DNA of 64,000 nucleotides, from the NCBI GenBank assembly GCA_964524845.1, contig CAZGFX010000001.1:227740-291739 (forward strand), given 5' to 3'. Positions 40,451 through 49,934 of this stretch are shown in pieces. The first letter of the stretch is position 1. Every line of letters begins with the position of its first letter. The notes under the pieces are model-generated. The model ran no database searches. It saw only the letters and a program-made list of their open reading frames with translations, and was not told where the DNA came from. The position numbers and the translations under genes are program-made. The DNA is from an uncultured Gammaproteobacteria bacterium (GTDB lineage Bacteria; Patescibacteriota; Patescibacteriia; CAZGFX01).

Positions 40451-41377
40451 ATGCCTTTAAAAACAATTATAAAATCAAGTTTCGTCAATGCATGGCGATA
40501 TAGAGATATGTGGTGGATTATCTTTCTGACACTTCCTTTTTTTGGGTTCTATTTATTTACCGATTTCAACATAACATCAATACCAAGCTCTGTTGGTTTT
40601 TATCTTGATAAAGAGCCAACTATTCTCGAGAGTTTTCATGCTATAAGTAGTACAGGATTTTTTGGTTCAATTTTTGACGCACTTGCAAGCATTTCCGCAC
40701 TGAAACTTATAGGATTTGGGGTACTTGTTGTGGTTTGTGCTCTCGCGTTAATTTTTATACATCTTGTAGCAACTCAAAGCGCTTATTCAACAATATATTC
40801 AATTGTAGAAAAAAAACCGGTTGAAAACACTCTCAAAAAACTCTTCCCTTCTTTCGGTCATTTTGCATCAATTTCAATCATTGCAGGAATCATAAATGGC
40901 GTATTGTTTTCGTGGATTGTTTTTCCAATTCTGCTTCCACTTGGTGAAAAAATCTCATTCATGCCGAGATGGGTTTGGATTGCTATCGTGTGTGTTATTT
41001 TTGTTCTAATTGATCTATCCCTCAATACTATAATAAAATGGGCAAAATACAACACGATCATTAAAGCACAATCATTTTGGATTGCTTTCTTGAATGCGTG
41101 CCGACAGTGTAAACAAAACATGAGTATTATTCTTCTTTCTATTGTTATTAATGGTCTTATTTACGGAGTTCTTTTTATAATCACCTATTATGTCAGTCAG
41201 TTAATTATGCCAATTGATGAACTTATGACATATGTTTTTGCTGATATTGCAGGATCCAGTGTTATAAACCTTCGTTTCCCTGCGTTTATTCTGTTTCTTG
41301 TCATAAGTTTCGTGTATACCCGTTTTGTCATGAATTTTGTTTGGATGCATGCATACTCACTTACAAATAAAAAATAA
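40451..41377 (+). CDS. polytopic membrane protein, hypothetical
   Basis: ~7 predicted TM segments. Lies immediately upstream of pilB. No PilC-like motifs. Confidence 0.45.
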   Translation: MPLKTIIKSSFVNAWRYRDMWWIIFLTLPFFGFYLFTDFNITSIPSSVGFYLDKEPTILESFHAISSTGFFGSIFDALASISALKLIGFGVLVVVCALALIFIHLVATQSAYSTIYSIVEKKPVENTLKKLFPSFGHFASISIIAGIINGVLFSWIVFPILLPLGEKISFMPRWVWIAIVCVIFVLIDLSLNTIIKWAKYNTIIKAQSFWIAFLNACRQCKQNMSIILLSIVINGLIYGVLFIITYYVSQLIMPIDELMTYVFADIAGSSVINLRFPAFILFLVISFVYTRFVMNFVWMHAYSLTNKK

Positions 41378-41409
41378 TTTCTCACTGTCAGAAATAAAAA
41401 AACACATCC

Positions 41410-43143
41410 ATGCTCACAATTACAGATCTTCTTAGTCGAGCACGATCTACAAAAATAGGATCAGATTCCGCGGTTGTATCAAATAATGAGACAGCCACAA
41501 AACTCGAGGAGAAGATGAAAGAAATAGAAATAGAAACAATAGAAAAAAACACGGAAAAAAAAGCCGCGTCACTTGGGTATGGATATGTGAATCTTGTCTC
41601 GTTTCCTACAAATCTCGAGGCACTAGCACTCGTACCGGAAAATCTTGCTGATGAATTAAAAACAGTAGGTTTTCTACTTGCCGATCGAGAATTTCGCATG
41701 GGAGCCATAAATCCAGAAGATCAAAAAGTACAGGATTTATTTAATGAGATCACAAAAAAATATAAGCTCAGTGGCTCTGTATATATGATCACTGATTACA
41801 GTTTTCAAGCCGCACGAAAATTATATGAGAAAATTCCACGCGTAAAACGCATGATTGGAGTTGTCTCAATAACCGCTGAAGACATCGAGGGATATAAGGG
41901 CAAATTTACAAGTTTTGATGCCGCAAACGAATTAATGAGAAATGCTGATACATCCGATCTTGTGACAATGATTATAGCCTCGAGTATGGAAATGAGATCA
42001 TCCGATATACACATTGAAGCGGAAGAAAGTGATATAAAAATTCGTTATCGTATAGATGGGGTTTTGCACACCATTGCCACAATCGATGCCATGAAGTGGC
42101 CACGAGTAATCAGTCGCCTCAAGCTTATTTCCGGACTCAAAGTAAATGTTTCTTCGAGACCACAAGATGGCAGATTCGAAATAAAATTTTCAGGAGATTC
42201 AATGGACGTACGCGTATCCATGTTACCTACCGCATACGGAGAATCTGTTGTTATGCGTCTTCTTCGATCAACTGCAGCTAGTTTAACTTTCGATGAAATG
42301 GGTCTTATTGGCAGAAACAAAACTGTTCTTGCGGCAGAAATTATGAAACCAAACGGTATGATTATCACCACAGGTCCTACTGGGTCCGGAAAAACAACAA
42401 CTTTGTATGCAATACTCAATAAACTAAATGACAGCGAAACAAAAATAATCACACTCGAAGACCCAATCGAATACAAACTCCAAGGACTCAATCAATCCCA
42501 AATAGATCACTCAAAAGGATACGGATTCGCTGATGGCCTACGTTCTATTCTTCGTCAGGATCCAGATGTGGTTATGGTCGGTGAGCTTCGTGATCTGGAA
42601 ACAGCCGATGTAGCGATCAATGCAGCACTTACAGGACATCTCGTAATATCAACACTGCACACAAACTCCGCGGCAGGAACGATACCACGCTTCTTGGCAA
42701 TGGGAGTAAAACCATTTCTTCTTGCTCCTGCTCTTAATGCAATTATTGGACAACGTCTCTGTCGTAGAATTTGTTCTAATTGCGTCGAGGAATATTCGCC
42801 CGATCCCGCAGTACTCGAAAAAGTTTGGAAGTATTTAGAAGAAATTCCAGAATCTTCAGGAGACAGACCTGATATGAACGAGGTAAAAAAGACTAAATTT
42901 AGAAGAGGAAAAGGGTGTGATCAGTGTAATGGACTCGGATACAAAGGGCGCATCGGAATACACGAGGTTATGAACATGAACGAAGAAGTAGAAAAAATTA
43001 TTTTAGGAGGAAAAGTATCAGAATATGATATGGAGCGAATCGCAATCCAGTCCGGAATGGTACTAATGGTACAAGACGGGCTTCTAAAAGCTATTCAAGG
43101 AATTACTACAATTGAGGAAGTACTTGCTCAAGCTGATAAATAA
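41410..43143 (+). CDS. pilB: type IV pilus / type II secretion assembly ATPase (PilB/GspE family)
   Basis: N-terminal GSPII_E_N-like region. Walker A GPTGSGKTTT. Asp box, VMVGELRD and HTNSAAG motifs. C-terminal zinc tetra-Cys (CSNC...CDQC). Confidence 0.85.
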   Translation: MLTITDLLSRARSTKIGSDSAVVSNNETATKLEEKMKEIEIETIEKNTEKKAASLGYGYVNLVSFPTNLEALALVPENLADELKTVGFLLADREFRMGAINPEDQKVQDLFNEITKKYKLSGSVYMITDYSFQAARKLYEKIPRVKRMIGVVSITAEDIEGYKGKFTSFDAANELMRNADTSDLVTMIIASSMEMRSSDIHIEAEESDIKIRYRIDGVLHTIATIDAMKWPRVISRLKLISGLKVNVSSRPQDGRFEIKFSGDSMDVRVSMLPTAYGESVVMRLLRSTAASLTFDEMGLIGRNKTVLAAEIMKPNGMIITTGPTGSGKTTTLYAILNKLNDSETKIITLEDPIEYKLQGLNQSQIDHSKGYGFADGLRSILRQDPDVVMVGELRDLETADVAINAALTGHLVISTLHTNSAAGTIPRFLAMGVKPFLLAPALNAIIGQRLCRRICSNCVEEYSPDPAVLEKVWKYLEEIPESSGDRPDMNEVKKTKFRRGKGCDQCNGLGYKGRIGIHEVMNMNEEVEKIILGGKVSEYDMERIAIQSGMVLMVQDGLLKAIQGITTIEEVLAQADK

Positions 43144-43149
43144 AAACAT

Positions 43150-43611
43150 ATGGCAGAAGACACAAAATTAAAAATTCAAGCATATTTAGAGGACTTACTT
43201 AAAAAGATAAATGAGAAACACGAGTTTCTCGTCCATGAAAAATTTCTAAAAGAACACCAATCGACAATTCTTTCACAAATATGCTCTGTTCCGGAACACG
43301 CTCAATACAAAGAAATGTTGGATACTTGTCAGATCACTACCGGCGATCATAATGTGCTTATTGACAGTATATATAATGAGACAACCCAAAAAATAAATGA
43401 ACTTATTGTCTCTCTTTCAAACATATCAGAAGATGAGTTGAGAGATAGTGGTGAAAAAATAGTAAATGATGCGCACGCAATATATACTTTATACCGTGAC
43501 GAAAACGAAAAAGTACAACAAAAAGTTACGGAAATGGTAAACAATTTGTATCGTGTGCGCGATCAAGTTTATGCCGATCAGTTGCTAAATTATATCAAAA
43601 ATACTTTTTAA
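43150..43611 (+). CDS. hypothetical all-alpha protein
   Basis: ORF 7 nt downstream of pilB. No recognisable motif. Confidence 0.4.
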   Translation: MAEDTKLKIQAYLEDLLKKINEKHEFLVHEKFLKEHQSTILSQICSVPEHAQYKEMLDTCQITTGDHNVLIDSIYNETTQKINELIVSLSNISEDELRDSGEKIVNDAHAIYTLYRDENEKVQQKVTEMVNNLYRVRDQVYADQLLNYIKNTF

Positions 43612-43620
43612 TAATATATA

Positions 43621-43656
43621 AAAAACGCTTAGTTTTTAACTTAAGCGTTTTTTAAT
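43621..43656. terminator. bidirectional terminator
   Basis: AACGCTTA...TAAGCGTT flanked by AAAAA and TTTTTT. Confidence 0.7.
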
Positions 43657-43673
43657 TTTTTATATCAATCTTT

Positions 43674-44234
43674 TTAAAAATGTTCAATAATACAATCGAA
43701 TTCTTTAGTGCTTTTTGGTAGAAAAATTATGTTTTTCACGTTTGGATTGTCCGTCATAGACACAAAAAAAGAGAAGGAAAGGATGGTTGTTGAAATAAAT
43801 GCTTCGAGTTTCAATCCTTTCATATCATATGTAGGGATTCCAATTGTACATACTTTAGGAGTCGTATAGTGTGCTATCTGAAAACAGTTGCGAAGACCTT
43901 TTTCAAAAATATCGACCGGATTGCATGTTTCTGGAATTCCTCCAATCACCATGTGCATAACGCCATTGAAAACATCTTTGTATTTTCCAGATCCTGTTAC
44001 AAACACGGAGCCGGGATATCTGTTTCTAGCCACGATTCGAAGCTCTTTTTGAATCTCATCACCGCACAATTCGTGCACCTTTTGTGCAACCTCTGTCGCT
44101 GGAAACATTTTTACATCAATTGGAACGAGTATTGTGTCAAACATTTTTTTGAAATCCGTTCCTGGTGTAAGCAAATTTCCTTTGAAGACCGTAACCGAAC
44201 ATCCTTTTCCACAATCATATGAGAGCGCTGACAT
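43674..44234 (-). CDS. hypothetical protein (186 aa)
   Basis: Alpha/beta pattern (VFVTGSG...VMHMVIGG). No confident family assignment. Confidence 0.4.
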   Translation of the reverse strand: MSALSYDCGKGCSVTVFKGNLLTPGTDFKKMFDTILVPIDVKMFPATEVAQKVHELCGDEIQKELRIVARNRYPGSVFVTGSGKYKDVFNGVMHMVIGGIPETCNPVDIFEKGLRNCFQIAHYTTPKVCTIGIPTYDMKGLKLEAFISTTILSFSFFVSMTDNPNVKNIIFLPKSTKEFDCIIEHF

Positions 44235-44261
44235 GTCATACCTCCGTTTTAGTGTTTTGTT

Positions 44262-44513
44262 TTAATTTTTAAAAAAATTATCAATTACACGAAGAACTTC
44301 TTTCTCGTCTTTTTTGTGGCATAAAATCGACAATTTTGCATTACCGTCATCTATCAAAGAGAACTCGAATCCTGCTTTACTTATCGCTTCGCCTATTTTC
44401 GAAATTCTTTTCATAGCTTCAGCATACAATGGCCCGCAACAACTCTGAATACTAGCGTGTACTTCTGTAGGTTTGATGAGTTTAGAACTATCTATCTGAT
44501 GTCTTAATTTCAT
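44262..44513 (-). CDS. small protein, possibly TusA/SirA-like fold
   Basis: 83 aa with SCCGPL near the N-terminus, reminiscent of the TusA CPxP motif. Weak. Confidence 0.3.
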   Translation of the reverse strand: MKLRHQIDSSKLIKPTEVHASIQSCCGPLYAEAMKRISKIGEAISKAGFEFSLIDDGNAKLSILCHKKDEKEVLRVIDNFFKN

Positions 44514-44575
44514 TTTTTCACCTCCTTTTTATTTGTTTTTGGCGTACGTTTAGAAGTGTTTTAATTATAGAGTCT

Positions 44576-45070
44576 TTAATTTCTCTGATTTAGTATACTG
44601 AGTGCAACTGCAATCGCCATTTCCCCTATTCCGTATCGATCTTTTAAAAACTCACCCGAGAAACGATCATAGGAAAGACCCAATTTAGATAACATGCGTG
44701 CAAAAACATTACAATCAGCAATAAGCGCGTCATGAGTTATTTTTCGCACCTCATCTGCGCGTGCAATATTTTCTGCATTTTCTCTATCTGTGTTACCTGT
44801 TCGTGTTAAAATATAATATTTGGAAACAGAGCTAAGATATTTTACACAAGTGTTTGAAAATGTTTCTAAAATATCCAAAAATAAATCTTTTTGTTCTTTT
44901 GGTTGATTTTCTACAACAGCCAAAACATCATCTTTTATTTTTAAAAACAAGCTGGCACTTTCCAAATAAAAGTTTTCATTACCTTCCATTACTATTGTTT
45001 TCATTTCTTTTGTTTCGTACATATTATATATCCTAAACGTATAAAAAAGGAAGTATTTTAATACCTCCAA
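44576..45070 (-). CDS. hypothetical protein
   Basis: ORF 4 nt downstream of the 66-aa ORF. Helical. R-x3-H / R-x8-H segments, but no canonical HEPN motif. Confidence 0.35.
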   Translation of the reverse strand: MEVLKYFLFYTFRIYNMYETKEMKTIVMEGNENFYLESASLFLKIKDDVLAVVENQPKEQKDLFLDILETFSNTCVKYLSSVSKYYILTRTGNTDRENAENIARADEVRKITHDALIADCNVFARMLSKLGLSYDRFSGEFLKDRYGIGEMAIAVALSILNQRN

Positions 45071-45074
45071 TTAT

Positions 45075-45275
45075 TTAATTTTTATATAAAGAGATAATAA
45101 TATCTCCTGCTTTTTTTAAAATATCAGATTCATTTTTGTTTTCATCAACTTGCAACAAGTACTCAATTAATTTATTGAATTCTATTTGCTGATCGACTGT
45201 TAAAGATTTTAAAAACGAGGAACTTTTTAATTCCAGATACTTTAAATATTTTTGTGTTATGTCTTGTAATTCCAT
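45075..45275 (-). CDS. small helical hypothetical protein (66 aa)
   Basis: Upstream partner of the 164-aa ORF. Confidence 0.3.
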   Translation of the reverse strand: MELQDITQKYLKYLELKSSSFLKSLTVDQQIEFNKLIEYLLQVDENKNESDILKKAGDIIISLYKN

Positions 45276-45355
45276 AATAAACTTCCTTAATTTTCATTAT
45301 TTATAATATTTTTTCTTATTATATATTATTTTGACAAAAAGTCAAGTGTTTGGGC

Positions 45356-47911
45356 CTAGATACTATTTTCAAGCTCTTCCTTTGATTTTGCTAGATTTTC
45401 CCTATCTTTTTCAACTATATCATCAGGGGCATTTGCAATATACTCGGCATTTCCAAGTTTTTTCTCAAGTAATGATATATATTTTTCGAGCTCGTTTTTT
45501 CTCTTTTTTTTCTGTTCTTCAAGACGAGATGTATCAATTGAAGTTGTAACTGATATGTTTTTCTCGCCTTCTGATTCCGTTATTGATTTTACTTTAATAC
45601 GAGCTAGTTTTTCCAAAACGGGAATATCATAAATAAAAGAAGGATGACAAACAACACTTGCTTCAAGTATATCCGCTGGGTTTACTTTTGCTTCTGCTCG
45701 TTCATTTCTTATTCTTATCACACTGTTTCTTATTTCAACAAAAATACTCGTGTCAAAAGATTGATTGATTGATTTGATTTTTGGCCACGATTGAATCATA
45801 AGCATTTTCTCATTCCCCGTTCCATATATATATGACCATATTTCTTCCGTAACAAAAGGCATGAGCGGATGAAGTAGTTTTAAACAAGTTTCGAGAACAT
45901 GTCGAAGCATTGCCGGATTTTTCGGATATGAAGCAACCTTATAAACCTCTAGATACCAGTTCGCGAAATCATCCCATAAAAACTGATATGCAGTTTCCCC
46001 TGCGAGTGAAAAGTTATAATTTCCATAATAATCAGTTACTTCTTTAATGGAATTATTTAACCTATTTAATATCCACGCATCGGCGTTACTTTTCACATCA
46101 ATAGAATTCATGTCAGCACCAACCACTCCTTCCTGCATAAGAGTGAAACGAGCAATGTTCCAAATTTTGTTTACGAAATTTCTGCACGATTCTATTTTCT
46201 GTTCTCCTATTTTTGAATCGTTTCCTGGAGTTGTCCCAATAACAAGTGCGAGTCTGAGAGCGTCTGTTCCATACTTATTAATCACATCAATAGGATCAGT
46301 AACGTTTCCGAGAGACTTTGACATCTTTCTACCGTGCTCATCTCTTACAAGACCATGAAGGTATACAGTATAAAAAGGCACTTTTCCTGTGGCAAACGAG
46401 GACATTAGAATCATGCGCGCAACCCAGAAAAAAAGAATATCATATCCCGTTTCCATCACTTGTGTTGGAAAATACTTCTCATAATCAGGATGTTTAGTAT
46501 CAGGCCAGCCGAGTGTCGCAAAAGGCCAAAGCGCCGACGAAAACCATGTATCAAGTGTGTCACTATCCTGTTTCCATCCTTCTCCCGGACACTCGATACT
46601 TACCTTAATATTTCCATCAGAATCATACCACGCCGGAATATCATGTCCCCACCATATTTGACGCGACACACACCAATCACGAAGATTATCAATCCAATGA
46701 AAATAAACATTTGAAAAACGCTCCGGAACTATTTTTATATCTCCTGAATCAACGACGTCCTTTAATATGTGTTTGAAAGATTGCTTTTTTTCCTTCCAAA
46801 GAATTACTTCTTTATTAACATCTACAAACCACTGCTCAATAATTTGTGGCTCGATGATTCCACCGCCACGAGAATTATGAGAAACACTCTGAACATATTT
46901 TTCTTCTTTCACAAGTTTTCCGGATTCACGAAGGTCTTCAACAAACTTTTTTCTACATTCAAAAATATCCATCCCCTCATAAGGACCAGCGAAACTTGTC
47001 ATTTTTCCATTCAAGTCAATCACTTGTGGCATGGCAAGCCCATTTGCTACAGCCATATCATAATCAACAAGAGAGTGTCCGGGAGTTACACCAAGCGCTC
47101 CAGTTCCAAACTCAGGATCAACTGCATCGCTCGCAATGACTTTTACTGAAATCTTGTGCCCACGAGTAAACTCAACATCGATTGTTTTCCCTATATATGA
47201 TGTATATCGCTCATCGTTCGGATTAACGGCAACGGCAGTATCTCCAAGTTTTGTTTCTGGACGCGATGTTGCGACAACAAAAGGCCCGTACTGTATGTAA
47301 TACAATATTCCATCCTCTTCGACATACTCAACTTCATCATCTGATACGGTTGTTTGGAGATTAGGATCCCAATTAACTATTCTTTTTCCACGATAAATAA
47401 GTCCTTCATTATATAGGTCAACGAAGACCTTTTTCACAGCATATGAGAGTCTGTCAGAAAAAGTGTATTCTTCTCTCTCCCAATCACAACTAGCTCCCAT
47501 TTTTCTTATTTGGTTTCGTATTGTACCTTGTGAAGTTTTTACAAACTCTTTGATTCTGGAAACCATCTCTTCACGGCCGAGGTCGTACCGTGTTTTTCCT
47601 TCTTTTTCCATGATCATTTTCTCAACCCTGCTCTGAGTGGCGATAGCCGCATGATCAGTTCCTGGAACCCACAGAGCTCTCTTTCCATTCATGCGCTCAA
47701 ATCTAATCATCGCATCTTCAATAGTCAAAAACAAAGCATGTCCAGAATGAAGAATGCCAGTGGCGTTTGGAGGAGGCATTGAGATCGTATATGCTAGCGC
47801 ATCCGTAGGAAAAGGAAGGTTTTCAGGATGAAAATATCCTGATGACTCCCATCTTTTATATATAGCATCTTCGACCTCGGCCGCGGAATACTGTTTTGAT
47901 AGTTCTTTCAT
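45356..47911 (-). CDS. valS: valyl-tRNA synthetase
   Basis: HIGH-type motif PPPNATGILHSGHAL, KMSKS motif KMSKSLGN, CP1 editing region, and C-terminal coiled coil. Confidence 0.9.
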   Translation of the reverse strand: MKELSKQYSAAEVEDAIYKRWESSGYFHPENLPFPTDALAYTISMPPPNATGILHSGHALFLTIEDAMIRFERMNGKRALWVPGTDHAAIATQSRVEKMIMEKEGKTRYDLGREEMVSRIKEFVKTSQGTIRNQIRKMGASCDWEREEYTFSDRLSYAVKKVFVDLYNEGLIYRGKRIVNWDPNLQTTVSDDEVEYVEEDGILYYIQYGPFVVATSRPETKLGDTAVAVNPNDERYTSYIGKTIDVEFTRGHKISVKVIASDAVDPEFGTGALGVTPGHSLVDYDMAVANGLAMPQVIDLNGKMTSFAGPYEGMDIFECRKKFVEDLRESGKLVKEEKYVQSVSHNSRGGGIIEPQIIEQWFVDVNKEVILWKEKKQSFKHILKDVVDSGDIKIVPERFSNVYFHWIDNLRDWCVSRQIWWGHDIPAWYDSDGNIKVSIECPGEGWKQDSDTLDTWFSSALWPFATLGWPDTKHPDYEKYFPTQVMETGYDILFFWVARMILMSSFATGKVPFYTVYLHGLVRDEHGRKMSKSLGNVTDPIDVINKYGTDALRLALVIGTTPGNDSKIGEQKIESCRNFVNKIWNIARFTLMQEGVVGADMNSIDVKSNADAWILNRLNNSIKEVTDYYGNYNFSLAGETAYQFLWDDFANWYLEVYKVASYPKNPAMLRHVLETCLKLLHPLMPFVTEEIWSYIYGTGNEKMLMIQSWPKIKSINQSFDTSIFVEIRNSVIRIRNERAEAKVNPADILEASVVCHPSFIYDIPVLEKLARIKVKSITESEGEKNISVTTSIDTSRLEEQKKKRKNELEKYISLLEKKLGNAEYIANAPDDIVEKDRENLAKSKEELENSI

Positions 47912-48200
47912 AAAGTAAAAAAATAAAAAACGTCCTTATAAAAATATTCCATAATCACATGAATAATGTGAAACACATTAATACAATCAATTACATTTAT
48001 ATTGAAATATTTTTACAAGGACGCGGCTAATTCTCCACGCGGTACCACCTCATTTCTCCGCATATAAAAAATCTCTTTGGCGGAGCCCTTCATATTAGCA
48101 ATAACGGGCATACCCGTCGGAATCTACTCTGTTTAAAAAACATTTCTTTCCGAAACATCATCGGGCTACACTACCTCCCGACTCAATCGTTTTTGCCTTT
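47912..48200 (-). promoter_or_regulatory. candidate T-box riboswitch leader of valS
   Basis: The minus strand contains AAATGAGGTGGTACCGCGTGG (48050 down to 48038), a 12/13 match to the T-box core GGGTGGTACCGCG. It lies ~135 nt upstream of the valS ATG. A TTGACC-N17-(ACTATA) promoter is on the minus strand at ~48230-48202. A GUA/GUG-containing hairpin loop (TCGGG-AGGTAGTGTAG-CCCGA) is in the 5' part. Confidence 0.5.
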
Positions 48201-48231
48201 ATATAGTATCATATAAGTCCCAAAGGTCAAG

Positions 48232-48257
48232 AAAACCGCTTTGTGTGGCTATTTTTC
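48232..48257. repeat. 26-nt exact direct repeat, copy A (AAAACCGCTTTGTGTGGCTATTTTTC)
   Basis: Identical to 49431-49456. Abuts the -35 (TTGACC) of the valS leader promoter on the minus strand. Confidence 0.8.
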
Positions 48258-48266
48258 TGGTAATTA

Positions 48267-49367
48267 TTATTGCAAGGTCTCATTCTTATTTATCTTGCCT
48301 TTTTCCAATTGGAATATGGCCAAAGGGAGATTTGTTCTTCCATCAGAAGTAATTGTAAGTTTGCCTGAAACTCCATCGTATTCTTTAAAATCTTTCATAA
48401 TAGATAAAATGCCAGATTTATTTTGGTTTTCTTGCAAGAAAGAGAATAATATATGCGCCGCATCATATGATTGACCAACAGGCAATCCTGGTGCAATGCT
48501 GTATTTTTCTGAATATTTCTTTATGAAATCATTTTTGTAATAATCTGGAGCAATAAACTGAAGCTTGTCAGACCACTCTGATGTTTCGCCAGCAAGATAA
48601 TCATCGACTTCTATGCTATAAAGCTTTCCAGAAAAACCAAGATTGTGTATTTCTTTCATCGAATTAACAAATTCATAATAAGTTCCCAAATAAATAGCGT
48701 CTGGCTTTGTTGCAATAATTTTTGTTACAGGAAGTTTCATATCTGATGCTGATGGTTGGACTATTTCAGTACCAGTAATAACTCCGCCTATTGCCTTAAA
48801 TTTTTCGATAAAAGCATCGGATACTGTTTTTTCCCAAGAATCCAGCGTACCAATGACTCCGACATTATGAACCCCTTTATTATAAACATATTCCGCTAAA
48901 CGTCCTGCCTCATTTTCTGCGTCCGCCCAAACAAAAATAGGATTTTTTATATTTTTACGATCACGAAGAGGAAAAAAACCAGGAATAACAGAAGGGATAC
49001 CTTCTTGCTCAATAAGATGATTAACGGCTCCAACCTCAGTTTGATTTAAAGGACCAATAATTGCCATTACATGTTCAAAAGAAACGAGATGTTGAAATGC
49101 TGAAACCGTTTGTTTTGGATCACTGGCCGTGTCTTCATAAATCATTTCTATCTGTTTTCCATTTATACCTCCGTTTTTGTTGATTTCTTCTACTGCGAGC
49201 GCAATTCCTTTCTGAGCATTCTCCCCCCAAGCTGAACCACCACCTGTTAAACTCAAGAGCGCGCCAACTCTTATAGTATTAGAAGTGTCTCTTGTATTAT
49301 TTTTATATACAAAAAATCCTATCACAATCACAAGTAAAATTATTACTACTGTAATTATTTTTTTCAT
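48267..49367 (-). CDS. ABC transporter substrate-binding protein, branched-chain amino acid (LivJ/LivK, PBP type 1) family
   Basis: Signal/TM N-terminus. IRVGALLSLTGGGSAWGENAQKGIALAVEEIN is typical of the Leu/Ile/Val-binding periplasmic protein family. Confidence 0.75.
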   Translation of the reverse strand: MKKIITVVIILLVIVIGFFVYKNNTRDTSNTIRVGALLSLTGGGSAWGENAQKGIALAVEEINKNGGINGKQIEMIYEDTASDPKQTVSAFQHLVSFEHVMAIIGPLNQTEVGAVNHLIEQEGIPSVIPGFFPLRDRKNIKNPIFVWADAENEAGRLAEYVYNKGVHNVGVIGTLDSWEKTVSDAFIEKFKAIGGVITGTEIVQPSASDMKLPVTKIIATKPDAIYLGTYYEFVNSMKEIHNLGFSGKLYSIEVDDYLAGETSEWSDKLQFIAPDYYKNDFIKKYSEKYSIAPGLPVGQSYDAAHILFSFLQENQNKSGILSIMKDFKEYDGVSGKLTITSDGRTNLPLAIFQLEKGKINKNETLQ

Positions 49368-49430
49368 ATGATCTTAAATAATTATGACGAACATTTATGA
49401 ACACATATTATCATATTTAAAAAATATAAA

Positions 49431-49456
49431 AAAACCGCTTTGTGTGGCTATTTTTC
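49431..49456. repeat. 26-nt exact direct repeat, copy B
   Basis: Overlaps the tsaE stop codon. Lies ~70 nt upstream of the LivJ-like start. Confidence 0.8.
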
Positions 49457-49933
49457 GAGTTGGAAAATTCTTGAATTTTCATTTTCTCCATATTCACACT
49501 TAATATATAATGTGTTTAATGGGAGAAGTTTTTTAAATATATTAGGCCACTCAATACAAACCAAGCATTCGTCTCGTCCAACATACTCATCAAGTCCAAG
49601 CGCGGAAAATTCAGTATTTGCTTTTTCTTCTGAAATATTTTTATCAAATCGATAAGCATCAACATGAACAAGTTTTTTAAATATGTGATGACACGAAATA
49701 TCATATACATACATATACACGAAACTTGGGCTTTTCACTGTTTGAGAAACACCAAAAGCACGAGCAAGCGCTTTTACAAACGTTGTCTTCCCTGTTCCGA
49801 GATCTCCATCAAGTGCAATAACACATCCTGGTGTAAGCAATGGTTTCAATTCAAGTGCAAATGTTTCGATTGCGTCTTCACCAATAAATACAACTGGTTT
49901 TCCTTCAAAAAAATCTTTAATTGTATTTTTCAT
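49448..49933 (-). CDS. tsaE: tRNA threonylcarbamoyladenosine biosynthesis protein TsaE
   Basis: P-loop-like GDLGTGKTTFVKALARAFGV and ~160 aa size. Confidence 0.8.
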   Translation of the reverse strand: MKNTIKDFFEGKPVVFIGEDAIETFALELKPLLTPGCVIALDGDLGTGKTTFVKALARAFGVSQTVKSPSFVYMYVYDISCHHIFKKLVHVDAYRFDKNISEEKANTEFSALGLDEYVGRDECLVCIEWPNIFKKLLPLNTLYIKCEYGENENSRIFQLEK

Positions 49934-49934
49934 A

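Noticed and set aside
48241-48474. Plus-strand ORFs 48241-48474 and 49440-49655, both beginning MCGYFS
   Set aside because: The shared start comes from the 26-nt repeat (…ATGTGTGGCTATTTTTC). Both lie antisense to the well-supported minus-strand genes (LivJ-like, tsaE) and lack an SD. They are artefacts of the repeat.
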